Origin: Botryllus schlosseri
Taxonomy: Eukaryota
NCBI GenBank assembly: GCA_051294905.1
Contig: CM119383.1
Location: 9,362,001-9,426,000 of the forward strand
Direction of reading: 5' to 3'
Length of the DNA: 64,000 nt
Part shown: positions 47,101-61,045 of the stretch, piece by piece
How positions within the stretch are numbered: the first letter of the stretch is position 1
How the letters are laid out: every line of letters begins with the position of its first letter
The notes under the pieces: generated by a model
What the model was told of the DNA's origin: nothing
The model's input: the letters and a program-made list of their open reading frames with translations, nothing else
Database searches by the model: none
Made by a program: the position numbers and the translations under genes

Positions 47101-50100
47101 ATCACCTTTAGGCGTGATAATGTTATACTTATCTCCATCATCAAAGTGATACATATCTATCCACACACTTATTTCTACTAGGCAAAATAGAAAAATGTAT
47201 AAGTCAGTGTTTTGGCTTCAAGTAGAGGCAGAAGTAGGTAAAAACATGACCATTACAGTGCTAGTAAATAAAACCTACTCGCATACTTCTCTACTGTACA
47301 TCTCTGAAAATTCATCATTCCACCCAGACTAATACTGACCTCTGTGTTATCTTGGCATGTTTCGGCCGCCTCGCACTGACTGCTCGTCGTCCCAGCCGAG
47401 GCACCATATTGCGTTCCACTGCCAGATGCTTGGGACTCTCAACTGTTATAAAAATATACCAATATTGTCATTCTGACCTTTAAGTCTACACACAGACTTT
47501 GGATTTGAAGAAAAATCCTGCTTCGGTTAAGTAGCATGAACGATTATATCAGCTTCTTATAAAACATAGATTGTCGGGAATAGATTTGCACCTGGTTCCT
47601 TATCCATAAGAGCTTCAAGTTCAGGTTCTTGGTCGTTATCGACAAACGCTAGTTCATCTTCCAAGTTATGTGCGACGTCGGAAGCTTTGGAAGAAAGGTC
47701 TCCAGAGTTGATTTCTCTGAACGAATTACATTCATTGATGTCCAGTCCAGTTTGCCATAAGTGGAAAAATCATTCAACGATTTGTAGTTTAATATGATGC
47801 AATATTCCGTATAGGCTTAACAGTGAAGTATCCTACTTAACAAAGTTATTGATTTGGATGTAACATTTTGGTATTAATTGACCGGTCCAGCTCGCACACA
47901 ATTCAAATTCAGTTTGCATCAAAGCAATCATACATCTTATGAATAAAAATAAGTCCCTATATCCTGCAAAATATTTAAAAATAAACACAACCTGTTTAGC
48001 AGTCAATGCTTCCACTTTGGAAAGATTTTCAACTTACTCGGATATCTGTTCTTTATCTAACTGAGATAAAGGCTCAGTCGTACCACCCTCCACATCTTGC
48101 GTCGTGTCGTTTGGTTCAACAATTTCAATAGCCGGAACGGAAACACCTTCTCGATCGTTCACAGTATCCAATTCTGATTCAATCTGAGTTTCGCCGTCGA
48201 CAATATCACCAGCAATCAAACACGATTTATCAAGAAGAACAGTTTGCGCGCTTGACGCAATATCGACAGGATTCATTTCGGGATCAGTCCCGGCATCGTG
48301 AGTCGGGGCAGGCAGACTGAGATTCATTTTTTCCTTGAACACCGCAGAAAGAGGCCTTGGCGGCAACGGCGTCTGACCGATGTCCGATTCCGAATATTTT
48401 TCACTCGCGTCAATGATGAGATCGATGTTGATGTTGTGTTTGGCTGATAAAATTTGAGACGCGGCACTGAAATTGTCGGAAAAAAATGATTACTTCTGTA
48501 TAGAATGTCATATATCGGTTATGAACCTTTCTTGGTCCTGAGCCATGGAAGACAGCCGGCTTCGGTATCCGTGTGATAACTTTCTGTGTGCTCTGTGACG
48601 TGTTGCATTTTCACGAATGGTGTTGGTGGCTTTCAAAACAAACCAATACAAGCATAATATACATGTACTTTTGTGCGATAAACATGACTTGAATTCATAC
48701 TTGCATCTATTCTTTTCGCTTGTACGGCAGCGTGTAACGTGACTTTGTCGCCAATTGATCCGATCGGCTTCCAACAGTTCAACTGTGTGTCGTATTCGAG
48801 ATTTTTGATGTCGACGTAACAGTAATGATCGTCCTCATTTCGGCTTTGTATGATGATTGCTCCGTTTGGTGCTGGATACACGGTAATATGGTTATCCCTG
48901 ATAGTTTTTATCAATATATCCAATCACACGGGCTTGGAATAATCATAACAAATATTACACTATCAAGCTATTCAAAAGTGGTGAGGATATTGAACAAGAA
49001 CTCGAATTGCGTCAATGACGTTAAGTACATTTTCACATCTATATTAAACAATTCATGCTTGTGTTTGCTAGAAATGAAAATATCACCGAAACTTTACATA
49101 TGTCATGAAATTTTAGAATTAGACTTGTACCAACTACTAATTTAGTTAGTTGATGGTCAACTAACTAAAGTTTTTTGAGCAGTTCTAGTTCTAGTAGCAG
49201 ATTTTGAAAATTGAGTAGTTGTAGTTCTAGTTCTAGTTGCGGATTTTGAATAGTGTGTACTTCTAGTCCTAGTTGCGGGTTTTGAAAAGTGAGTAGTTCT
49301 GGTTCTAGTTCTAGTTGCGGATTTTCAAAAGCGAGTAGTTCTAGTTCTAGTTCTGGTTGCGAGTTTTAAAAATTGAGTAGTTCTAGTTCTAGTTTCTCTT
49401 TTTGAAAAAATCCTGTAGTTACAAGTCTGCACCCTGTACAGTATGCTTTTCAAGAAATGATTACTCCGACCAAATTTACTCAAAGTCAACTTCATATACG
49501 ATAGATTACTCGAAAAATATATATCTTACCAGGACAAATTACGATTTTATATTGGCAACCACATACAGATCGTAAATACGCCTGCTCGAGAAGACACGAC
49601 GCCCTTACTTTCTCTTAATCTTCGAAATTATCGATACAACACACCTGGGATAGAGTTCATTTGAACAAGTCCAATATTCGGTTCAGGAATGGCGATCACT
49701 CTCGCCATATTTTGAGGCCCGAGAAGAATGTTACTCCCCAGTGTAACCCTCGGTTCATTAGCGCAGGTAGACAATGCCGCTGCTTTCAACGGGGGATTCC
49801 TGAAATTAAGAACCGCAATGAAAACGTCATCAGTTGAGATGTACTCAGGTGGTCAGCAACAAAGACTTCAAGATTTCTAATTTTTCACAGTACTTAAGTA
49901 TGTTCTGACAAGTTGTGCTATTTAGTAAAGTAGAAAGTAGTTTGAGGGTATCTCAGCATAGACTTTATGAGTGAAATTGTTATCATAACTGGACAAAATA
50001 GCCCCTGTATCACAGTAACTGATTATATTTCCGAAATTTGCAGCTATTTGCTGTGTCATTAATAATTTTGTGTTAGTAACAAAGATGCAACTTGTCATTT

Positions 50101-53100
50101 CAAAGTAGCCAACTCAGATTACCTGCTAAAATCATGCGAACCATCAACAAAATCTACTTTTTGAAACTACTTACTTGGACTACTTTTCGTATCTCCATTT
50201 ATACTTCCACTTGAAGGAGTTCTGACATCTCTTGGAAATCCTTACTACTACTTGCACTTTACTGGATTACCTCTACTTCTACTCGAGTACCATCGATGAA
50301 TACCTTGACCACCTCTGGATGTACTTATTAGTTACCCGTAGATATGCGGAGAGGCTCTTCTTCTCCCTGACGTAAGATGTTCTCCTGATGACAGTATGGC
50401 TGATTTTGGCCTTTTGGGGTAAGCCTTCTTCGTGTCCAGGATTACTTTCCATTCGGAACGAGTCTCGTTTGACGGCAAGAACTTGTTATCGGATGTAGGA
50501 AAAAGGTATTGCTGAAAATACATGACTCTCCAGCATATTTTACAACGCCAAATGTCATCATCCGTGTCCATACCGAAATAGCGGCGTATCGAACGTCGAA
50601 TGTTGATCTTTCGATCTGGTGAAGGCTGTGGTCTGATATCTCGTTACACAAGTTCTGCATGTCGCCCTGGGCAAGTAAATATATGGTTAAAAGAAAAAGG
50701 GATTAGTTGATAAAGAGTTCGTTAAGCACTTCTGGGAAGGGAATCAATGGCGGTTCTTTTTAACCGCGTTTATTTTCAGGTGTCATGGGAAACGTTTTAG
50801 TGCGCATAGGAGGTTGTAGAATTGGAGTATAATTTCAACTTTGCATGTACTTGAGTCTATTTTCACCAGAACCCATCCAAAATGATAAAGGATTATGCTA
50901 AAAACTTGCAGTAAACTTTTCCTAAGTGAAAATGTTTCAAGTTTGAAGAAAACAGATTTCAACATCTTATAATGCAAGCAATATCAAACATACAACTACT
51001 ACACACGGGCATTCTCGAAGGACAACTACTATATGATCAGGACAGAATACAAGAAAACGCAGCGCTCTATCAAGTATGTCAGACCTGTAGTGTGGGACAG
51101 CATCTCGCCGGCTATCAGACAGTCGTCGATCACGTCCACATTCAAATCGAAATACAAGCAATTTCTTTTGAATCAATACTAGTCTGCCCTCAAGATTACC
51201 GAACCACAATCTGACATATCGACCTCGCCTACCGACACATTCAACATTCATTTTTGTCGCCTACTTTTATGTTTTCCTTTCTTTTATCCAGTGTGCATGC
51301 CTCTTATTAACATGCTGTAGGCCAAGGTGGGTGCTTCATATCGTTTCGGCACCATCCATCTTTTCATTATATTGCAATAGTGTCGTGTATTGATTTGATA
51401 AAATTTTTAATATAATGGTGATGATATCGTCCCAAGCTAACGGTCAAAGTAAACATACTTCCATCCTCTACTTGGGTAATAGTTATGACCGGCCTTGGAA
51501 AGCGCGGCATCTACCAATCCAAATTATGTGTATCAACGAACTGCTTCAGTGGGAAATTATAGAAATTGTATCAAAAAGGCTTCTGGTACAAAACTTCAAT
51601 ATCTCAACAACAATACATTTGAATTGCCAAATTTATTCCACCCCAAGCTTTCCGACTGACTTTCGCCAGGAGCCAACATCACTAAATGCGGTTAACGAAA
51701 TTCGAAATATAGAAAGAATTTTGTCGTTGTGACAACACAATGATTGGCATAAGAGACAGATTACAAAAATAAGCGAATTTAATAAATGAATTGAATCTCC
51801 ATACCCCTTGTTCCCTCGTTTCCTTGGCGATCTCTACCATTTTGCTGGTCAAGGTCAAGTCGCCGGTGGCTGTTTGCAGAAGCGCCCGCACCGCAGGGTC
51901 GTTTTCGATGAATTTGTAAAACGAAGGTACCACGTTAAGCAAGAGGAGTATCTCCGACGCCAGCAGGGTTAGATGTTCTTCCTTCGACTGCTCCACCAAT
52001 CTCTTTGCATAGCTTGCTCTACAGATGAAGATTAAAAGGGTTTCAATTCAAGCTATATCTAATTACCCTGCTACGGGCACCGCTTTTTTCATGGAATCTG
52101 CCATACCACCCTATGCAGGAAGATTGAAATAGGAAAAATTTCAATACATTTTCATACATACGTTACAAAGAGGTGGATAAAGTAGTCGGTGTCGATACTC
52201 AAGTACCCCGAAAAATTTCCAAGATATGTCAAAATTACTTCATGTAGAAGTAGACAATGAAAGGTACTCAAGCAATTAGCTTCAAAAGTAGATTTACCTT
52301 GAGCTGTAATCGGAGGAGGTTATTTTAGAAATCGTAGGATGAATCTTCGCGACTGACGCAAAACGACTAGCTTCTTGTAGGTACAAAACATCAATATACA
52401 ATTGAATGGTACATTCATATTTAAATGAAGCCGTCAGCAGACTTGTACAAACTAGACATTTAGTTAGTTGATGGTCAACTAACCAACGGTTTTTCGAGTA
52501 GTTCTAGTCGTTCATTTTGAGAATTGAGTAGTCGTAGTTCTAGTTCTAGTTGCGGATTTTGAAAATTCAATAATTCTACTTCTAGTTCTAGTAGCAGATT
52601 TTGAAAATTCAGTAGTTCTAGTTCTAGTTGCACATTTGAAAAAAATATTAGTTGCCGAACATCTAGAAAACACATGTCGTGGTTTCGGGCGAATTGAGAT
52701 GCCGGTGCTCTGTTGAATGATGTCTGTGCAGCCATTACTCGATCAGAGACATGACTGCTAACAGTGGCGTAGCCAGCGGGTGGCTTTTTGAGGTCGTAAT
52801 TTCTCCCATTTCAAACTCAAAACCCCGTTGCTTTGAAATGTTGATTCAATGTCTGATATTTCCAAAAAAATAAAAATTAATGTGTTGAGAATGATATCCA
52901 GTTTTGTACGGTTCTTTACCTTTAATGACTTGGGAACAGTTACGCCACAGGTCAGCTACTATTTTCTGAGAATGACAGGCAGGAAATACCTTAGCGAGCT
53001 GAGTCAAAAGTTTGCACTATATTCGGCGGTGTATTAATTTCTAATAATAATTTATAAATTGCAAGCAATGAATTACGTGGTTAACGCAAGCTTCTTGGTG

Positions 53101-56100
53101 AATGTGCTACTATTAGGAAATTAGGAATTTGGAGTGAAAGTACAAATGTAATATTTATCCCACGTATTTATTCAAAACAATGGTAAACAAGAAACATTGT
53201 TAACTCTTTTTAATCACTCCAACCCATAGACACGTCCTTCTATTAAGACACCAAAATGTATGGCATGTCGCAGCTTGGTCACTATCCCGAGTGGTGTGTA
53301 GCTTGGTAAAATCATCCTGTTGTTTTGGTAATTTTGCTGGCAAGTTTTCCGAATTCGTCTTCTCGCAGCCTCCGCCAAATGACGGCGCGCTTATGTCATA
53401 ATCCCGACTTAAATCAACCCATGTCATATCGACTTTTATTATGAATTTAAATTACGCCAGGGACGGGGTACCTTTGGCACGCGTTCCAAAAGTGGCTCGC
53501 AAGATGATATTTCATGACACGCTAAATGATTTGATGTGCATTATTATAATCATGTCTCTTGCAAAAAGTGAAACAACAGTTTTCAAAATGGAAAAAGCTC
53601 AAAGGTGAATCCAAATTATTTCGTAAATCAACAGGAAGTAGGGTCTTTTGGGACAGATTTTATTTTTCTTCAAAATTTTCTCCGCACTCCACACTCGACG
53701 GACCGTAAAATGCCCAGGTCTGCCCTATGCCAATCTACAAGCCTTGGGGGAACCCCTAATTTTCAGTGAGTCACAAAATAAAAGTCCAACACATGTGTGC
53801 ATCCCATATGTGTTGTAATCTGTAGGACTACCAGTAAAGCTACTCAGGCAGACTTGTACAAACTACCCATTTAGTTAGTTGATGGTCAACCAACTAACGG
53901 TTTTTTGAGTAGTTCCAGTTGTAGTTCTAGTTGCAGATTTTGATAATTGAGTAGTTGTAGTTCTAGTTGCGGATTTTGAAAATCGGGTAGTTCCAGTCCT
54001 AGTTATAGTTGCGAGTTTTAAACATTGAGTACCTGTAGTTCTAGTTCTAGTTCTAGATCTAGTTGTGCTTTTTGAAAATTCAGTAGTTTGTACAAGTCTG
54101 CTCGTCAGGGGTAATCGTCAGCAACTAGTAGAGAATTAGAAAGAACATTGGGGGAGAGGAGGTCAAGATGAGATACGGGGCAAGATGAGACTTGCAATTT
54201 TTTCATAAATTTTTTTTCTGATGGACAGATTCCTTCAATTATGTTGTTCCCATCATGTCATTCTATAGTCCTACCATATTAACAAGGCAAACAGATTTGA
54301 GGTTGGGCAGAAAAATGCCAAAAACTATATTTTCACAGTCTATGTCAGTTATGTGAATTCATGTTTGTAAGGGCATACCTATCATAGTACTTCATATTAT
54401 AAAACAACATTACTGGAGCTGGTTGAGTGCAATATTAGCAGTGTAATCATGCACTTACCTCTGAAAAGTAATAGACAGAAAATTTTTTATTCAAGTTTAT
54501 ACAATAATTGAGGTGTGGGGGTAAGATGAGACAAAACCATGGGGGTAAGTTGAGACATGGGTATCAGAGGGCTTTTCTACTGAAGGCATCGCAAGATTCA
54601 AAATTTACTGTTGAAGGCACACAAAATCTATTATTTATCTAGTAGTTTACCAGATGTGACATAACAAAACAAAATAATAACGAAATTCTTATTGTTGCTG
54701 GATCTCATCGATAATTGGTATTCGATGTCATTTAAATTTGTATATGATGTACAAATTCTTTTGGAAAGTGAATTATTTCATGATTATTACATTTTATTCA
54801 CGATGTTGGTAGTTGATTCATCGTTTGGGATGAATTGGTGGTGTATTGAGCAAGAATTGCTTGGTGTCTCATCTTGAACACAGTGTGTCTCATCTTACCC
54901 TCACATGGGGGTAAGTTGAGACATTTGAGCAAGAATTTTTGAGGGTCAAGAAATCCACCAGTATGTTGTTCAATATAACTCAAGCCATAGCCATAAATAG
55001 TACAGATCACAGGCTTTCCATTGGTACCAAAATTAATTCTCAGAAGGCATTACTCTTTGAGTGGCGTTGAATTTTCAGAAAAGTGTCCAGAAAAGTATCT
55101 CATCTTGGCCTCCTCTACCCTATATCAACAATCGTATTGTCGTATTTTGTGATACAATTGTTGATATACAATGTACTTTCCAATTCTCTACTGGTTGCTG
55201 AAGATTACCCCAGATGAGTGTCAGCCGACAATATTCGTGTTCATTTCGATATCAATATACTATTCAATTGCATAATGACTAAATCGACACTACGTACAAT
55301 CTTTGAAAATAGATTCAATTACAATGGTACAGAGGCCTTTTAATGTGGTTCTTATAACTATTTTACTCATAAAATCGATGTGAACTTATCGCGAAACCGC
55401 TTTCTACTTTTTAAATCATAAAATAAAAGTAGTCTTGCCTATAAACCGGTCAAGTAGAAGTTAAAGTAGTCTACAAACATAATCTCTCGAATAAATAACA
55501 CAAGTAGGCAAAACCTTGAGTATTAGGAAAAAGCAGCAGTACTTTGCGGCCAAGCACTACTTCCCAGTTTAATAAGTGGAAAGAAGTAATTGAATCTGAC
55601 GACTGTAGCAATAGAAATAGATATGGCAGTAGTCTAAAATAATTCACGTAAGTAATGGAAGTAGAGGAAATCTACCCGAGTATAGTCCTTTGGTATAGTC
55701 TGGTTTTCTTTAAAGCAGGTAATCACGATAAAATTCACAATGAAAGTAACTTACTCTTTCAAATTTGGTGCAGTGTGGGGTCGTAAATATGATGACATGT
55801 GAATTCTTTGGTCTTTTGCCTTATCTGTAAGGTATCAACGATGTAGCGGACACGCAGCACTCATAACAGCGGTATTTCTGTAACACTCACCAACACGAGT
55901 GCTCGAACGCCGTCTCCAATTTTTCCAATCCCACCGTAACAAGTCCGATACGAGATAGTACAGACAAAGATACAATCTGTCGTACAATCCACCGTCGCCT
56001 TCAAGACACATGTCGCGATCCAGCTTGCAGGCACTCAGTAGCAATGACGACAGCCTGATCTTCCATTGCCGGCTCAACGTGAAGAGTAGAGGAATATCAA

Positions 56101-59100
56101 CTTGAGCGCTGAAATTTTTGATCATCATAAGACTTTGATAACGGCGGACAACTTATGTGTTCTAGTATGTGCCACTCGCCAAATAACGAAATTGTGTCCC
56201 GAAAATGATCACGATAGGTACCGTATACAAAAGCTACGAAAGCACCGTCCTAACGCTTGCAAGCAATAAAACCACTTGACTGGAAGCAATCAATTTCGTT
56301 GTCCCAGTACTGGTAGTGAAAAATTTGGAATGTGCACAATTTTTTCAGTAGGCCTACTCTAGTTATGTTGTGGCCAATGTTCCCTCTGAGCTGCTAACGT
56401 GCGCAAATGCGCAGTGCTGACACGGTCTCTGCGCACAGAAAATCTAAGTTGCGCACAAAGAATCCGAAGTCATGACCTTTTTTTTAGTCGTTACGCACTA
56501 TAAACCCACACATGCTAGGTTTCATCCTGATTTGCAGACAGTCTATTTCAAAGGTACAAAATGCTCTTACTAGGATTGTAGTTTCGTTATTCGTAAAGTC
56601 TCATTCAACAAGTCGCCAGGTATCGAAAATTCGAGAGTGGCAAGAAGTATAAGTAACAACACGTTGCAGTGTTCCCTCTCTTCCGCTCTGTAATATAGGA
56701 AACGTTTTGGCATACGAAAATAGGGACTGAAAAATCTCAATCACCGACCTCGCTGTGATGATTTCAAGTAGATAATCGTTCGGAAATGATGAATTGCCAA
56801 CGAAGCACTTTGGTATCATGCTCAAGTCGGTTTGCATATTTTCAAAAAGGAAAGACAGCCGTCTTTGGTCGGTGCCTAAACTCAAAGCAACACGCACAGC
56901 TCAATATACCTCACCATAAAATTACTAGCTTTAAAAGTTTGCACCATGAGCCGCTCTAAATCAAGTGCAATGGTAATAGTTTACCGGCGGAATGAATCTC
57001 ATTTCTTGCAAATTTCGAGACAAGTACCGCCGTTCGCACTCCGTGAATACTGCTTTGATGAATTCGTTGTCTTGTAGTCAATGGTCTTTCTCCAAGTTTC
57101 CTTCGCTGGTAACAAGTATGGTGGATGATTTTAAGCAGCTAATCAACAAGTTACTGGCATTCCTGGCTGTTTAATTTACTGCAAGAAAAGTTAGATTAGA
57201 AAATTGGTGATTTGAGTTAAGGCACTAGTAAATTCGGGTACACGCAATTAAATGAAATCAAGTCAAATTTAGGGGCCCTACCGAAATAGCTCGGAAGGAT
57301 ATTATTTTGATATTGTTTTACAGTTAGACATAGTTTGATTGACATCAATTTTCTTTTAATACCCAATTTCAAATTCTGGTTGCAGGGCTGACAAATCAAA
57401 TCATCCAACATTCAGATCTCTAATTAACCTACATTCCATTATGGCGGAGCGGTAAAATTTAATCACATGATCTTTGATTGGGAATTACTGAAATACAATT
57501 TTACCTAATGCAATATAATTTGGAAAGCCTACGTTCAACGTTGCAACCAAGTAGTGAAATCGAAGTTGCCTGCACGGTAATTGACAATCAAAACTTTACA
57601 GCTATTTGCGGGTATAAGTATGTAAACTCACAAATCCTCGGTACCATCACTAGCATATATAAATCTGAGTAAATCGGTATCCAAACATGACTCACAACAG
57701 GCCGACTTGATAACGCAGAGTCGTGAAAGAAATTTTGCGTTTGATTCCGTTCTGCGCTTGTGACGATTCTACCGTCCAACATCCAGATATTAGGAAGACA
57801 ATCGATAACGTGGACGCGATAACATGAATCCTTAATCAAGATGAATATTCTATTACTTTTACTTGCCGTAGTCGTACAAGACCAAAGGTTCCCAACCTTT
57901 TCCAATTCCGGATTGCCGATTAAGTGTAGGTCTAAAATGACCACATTTTGTATACGTCCCAGTTCTTTCCATGTTATATTATTGTAAGATAGGTCCAAAG
58001 TACCGAAGGCGTAGAAGTGGGAGACCTCAGACAGGCTGCTGATCTGAAAGGCAAAGATGTCTAAACGGTGAAGAGAGCCATGATATGATTTTGAAGGGTG
58101 AAACTTTTGGTAGATTGGAGCAAATAGATTCTATTGTTGGTACTTTTTCTGGCTTAAAAATATTTGATCAGTTCAAAAAACCATAAGATTGTGACACAAG
58201 AAAAGAATATGAGTCAAAAAGTTTGTCAATCAAGCACCCAGATTGAGCTGCATCAGGGGTGACCAACATGTGGCCGTGAGGTCATATTTTGCGGCCCGCA
58301 AAATTTTGAAATTGATTTCAGTTTCAAAACGTCGTTATATTTTCAAAATAAGCTACTGTGTTCTCCTGTTCCCAACATCACTACTCCTCACTAGTTGAAA
58401 CGGCTTGGGCGTCGGCAACAGCATTCCATCGAGGAGAATCAGCTAATATGAATGGGCAGATTGCCTTGACATGCAATGGCCCGGACACTGCAAAGACCGA
58501 GACGCTGAGTAAACAGCTTAGGGCTTCCCCAAAAGATCAAGAATTACAGATAGTCTTTTAGATAGTAGGCTACTGTGTTTTGCTAATCCCAGTGTCGATT
58601 TTTTAGTCGCTTAAAAGCGTTGTCAGGTATTGTGCGCAGCTCATAGTTCAAAATAAAATTGACGATCTAGATGTTTTTGTTGAATTGAGGCTATATTTCT
58701 TTAATAAAATATTATTTCTTTTGTTGGAGCATTGCCCGTCGCCCATGTTAAAGAGCACAGCATAAAGATTTAAAAACGTGGTTGCAAAAAGTGTGGTCTA
58801 TGTTGTCTCGATATTACATTCTTGCGGTCCTACGAAATTTGAAAAGTGGTCCGCGACCCGTTTTGAGCTGACCACCCCCGGCCTACATAATGGCAATAAA
58901 AAATTTAAAAAGAGTTGGCAAAATGAGGCATGTGCCTGTACACAGAATGAGCAATACCACAAAATAGGTATGTGTTGGCATGAGTGAAATTGATACCAGT
59001 ATGTCAAAAAGTGATTCGGTAATCTGAAACGCAGGCTAGTACCACGCGATGTTTTATTTACACGGTTTGCACTTTTCCTGATTTGCAGAACTTTAATCTT

Positions 59101-60567
59101 CTGAATTCAGGATTAGCGGTGTTTTGTAAATTAGTGTGCACCGAAAGAGTAGCAATTTCAGTGGGAATTCAGTACAGTAGAGTTATAGAACCCATGGACT
59201 TTATCTTTTAGCGCCAGCATGTGTGGAGTAGCAATAAGGTATCATAGAAAATGCAAATCAATCAGTTGATTTAGCACAAAATGAAGTGCCATTGCAATTC
59301 TAAGTGAGTATGTGAAGACAAACCCTAAATATACATCAGGTAGCCTATACATAGAATATGTCCACCTATTGTCTACTAATACTACCAGACTAGACACATG
59401 AAAAGGAATGCTTTGTTTGGAAAGTAACATCTCGCCCAAGCTAGTTTCAGATTTGAAAACAATAGTTCAATAAGCTCTCCACTTTTCAAATTCCCGCTTA
59501 CATCAATATTGATACAACTGTTGCTCTCCAAAGGATGGTTCTCAAGTGTCACAATAAAATTTACCGTGCCACTTTATTAATGAGTAGAACTATGTGCCTC
59601 ATGCAAAATTTGTAAACAGAATTTATGTTATTATATTTACACTCAATATTAATACACCGGCAGGTTGAATAAATAGTCAAACACGAAACAAAAATCTGAC
59701 AACGCTATAGATATACGGTATTAAACAATTATAGTCCTATGATTAGACAGGTTTACTGCTTCAAGTGTTAAAGTCCGATGTAATTTTGGATGATTACTCT
59801 GGCTTAACATTGTTAGAATACAAAGGTCACTAAAATTACCTGAACAAATGTTTCTTACGAATTAAAGGCTTAATGAGTTGAGTCGTAATTTCAGCAGTGG
59901 TACTCTACATTCAAGGACATTTCGAAATCGAGGTGGCAGTGCCTCCCATTGTGTTCACACACTTAACTGCTAGACTAAATCGGCACACGCCTTGTAAATG
60001 TTAAACACGATTTTCAGAGGATTTCTTAAACTTAAGTTATGTAGTAGGCTTACCGGTACCGTATATAATTATATGAAATACATAGACTGCAATTAAAGAG
60101 AGCAGCAGAAAAAGGTCATGAAAATGCTAAGTGTACATGAAAATTTGCAAAATTTGTTTACTAACCGTCACTATACTGGACATTATCATATTTTCAGTCT
60201 ACAATAGTGCAATGTGCGCAACAAATCAGTGGTTTGGACGACAATATTATATCAAAAAATACCAAGATTTTAAAAAATTATCTGAAGTGAGCCTATCCTA
60301 TAACAGCATACCTGGTTGTGAGACAGATTGACATTCCATAAGTGTTCACAGCACTTGATGCCTTCAACCTCTTCAATGTTATTGTGGCTGAGATCAAGCA
60401 CTTGAATACGTCCGCAATGGCCAAGTCCTTCAATAGCACCTGCGATAAGCGAACCGTTATGAAGACGTGCTGTTCCACAGAGTTTGAAACTTCTCACCAA
60501 TGCCGAGCCCTGATATATCCAAGTATGTAGCTGTATCAAGTGCCTGCTTTGCGCGATGCTTCAATAT
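44174..60567 (-). CDS. large protein with N-terminal SDS22/U2A'-type LRRs plus LRRcap, unknown function (>=1248 aa, both ends uncertain)
   Basis: 26 exons chain in frame (3747 nt): 60567-60498, 60439-60312, 58043-57897, 57830-57696, 57105-56985, 56875-56749, 56687-56571, 56108-55891, 55824-55755, 53407-53224, 52110-52067, 52018-51805, 50666-50574, 50511-50336, 49799-49645, 48871-48701, 48629-48527, 48466-48038, 47716-47592, 47442-47340, 46633-46410, 45310-45158, 45100-44965, 44698-44530, 44372-44304, 44239-44174. LRRs include IQVLDLSHNNIEEVEGI, LWNVNLSHNQ and LDLSYNNI; LRRcap YRVHVIDCLPNIWMLDG. A possible start exon lies at ~61570-61635 (MVPKINRIDNYNRKTNEI). Confidence 0.8.
45935..46120. repeat. 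dispersed repeat family A, degenerate copy
   Basis: Contains TACAATGAAAATAGG...CATCCACCTTGGCCTA...ATAAGAGGCGTGAACACCGAATGA. Confidence 0.65.
49120..49429. mobile_element. TIR MITE family D with internal ~35-40 bp tandem subrepeats, copy 1
   Basis: Ends AGACTTGTAC...TTACAAGTCTG; internal GAGTAGTT(CTAGTT)nGCGGATTTTGAAAA units. Confidence 0.8.
49846..50317. mobile_element. hAT-type MITE of the AGTAG/CTACT-rich family
   Basis: Ends CAGGTGGTCA/TTGACCACCTCTG with perfect 8-bp TSD GATGTACT. Degenerate relatives lie at ~770-900, 9600-9750, 35120-35555, 38575-38940, 41150-41600, 46903-47306, 52175-52400 and 55420-55700. Confidence 0.8.
51215..51420 (+). repeat. dispersed repeat family A, opposite orientation
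   Basis: Reverse-complement match to 29790-30050, ending AAAATTTTTAATATAATGGTGATGAT. Confidence 0.7.
52438..52650. mobile_element. MITE family D copy 2 (3'-truncated)
   Basis: Starts CAGACTTGTACAAACTAGAC; same subrepeats as 49120 and 53849. Confidence 0.75.
53849..54100. mobile_element. MITE family D copy 3
   Basis: Perfect 18-bp TIR CAGACTTGTACAAACTAC/GTAGTTTGTACAAGTCTG; no TSD recognised. Confidence 0.85.
54149..55122. mobile_element. ~970-bp non-autonomous TIR element with internal GGGG(T/C)AAG(A/T)TGAGAC motif repeats
   Basis: Left end GGGGAGAGGAGGTCAAGATGAGATAC, right end GTATCTCATCTTGGCCTCCTCTACCCTA; the motif recurs internally in both orientations. Confidence 0.75.
58254..58880. mobile_element. 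non-autonomous hAT element
   Basis: Ends CAGGGGTGACCAAC and GAGCTGACCACCCCCG with GCGGCCCGC-type subterminal motifs; TSD degenerate. Confidence 0.7.
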
Positions 60568-61045
60568 CTGCAAGGAGTGGAGAGCGTGAATAAATCTTGT
60601 AACAGACTTGGATTAGAGTTGACCGAAATATTTGATTTGGGCTATTGCGAATGAAAAGTAGAGAAGATTCAATAGAATAAGAAAATAAGTGAGTTTCCTT
60701 GTTAATGCATATGGCTGAAACTTAGGTTTACCATACGTCTGGACCCCGACGCAGCGAATGTCAGAGTTTCGTAAAAAATCATATAAACGGGAGTCGAGTC
60801 AAAGTGATGACCTTTTTTTCATTCAACACAGTATTATCGGTCGAAAGTTTTCAAAATCACCTCTTTTCTTTTGCGGTGCTGGAGCTTTCAGAATTCTTGA
60901 AATTCGGAACTCAAAATATGGTAACGCTACTGAAACTGATCGCTTCGACTTACAGCAATCTAAGATTCTAGAAGTCACATTTTCTGTACAAGTCAAATTT
61001 AAAATTTATTCTACATTAATTAGCCTAAGCTATAAGACTATAGAC

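Noticed and set aside
49140-49400. CRISPR-like array
   Set aside because: The units are degenerate tandem subrepeats without unique spacers, inside a eukaryotic MITE.
52475-52735. ORF with repeated LELELLNFQN units
   Set aside because: It is a translation of family D MITE subrepeats on the minus strand, not a gene.
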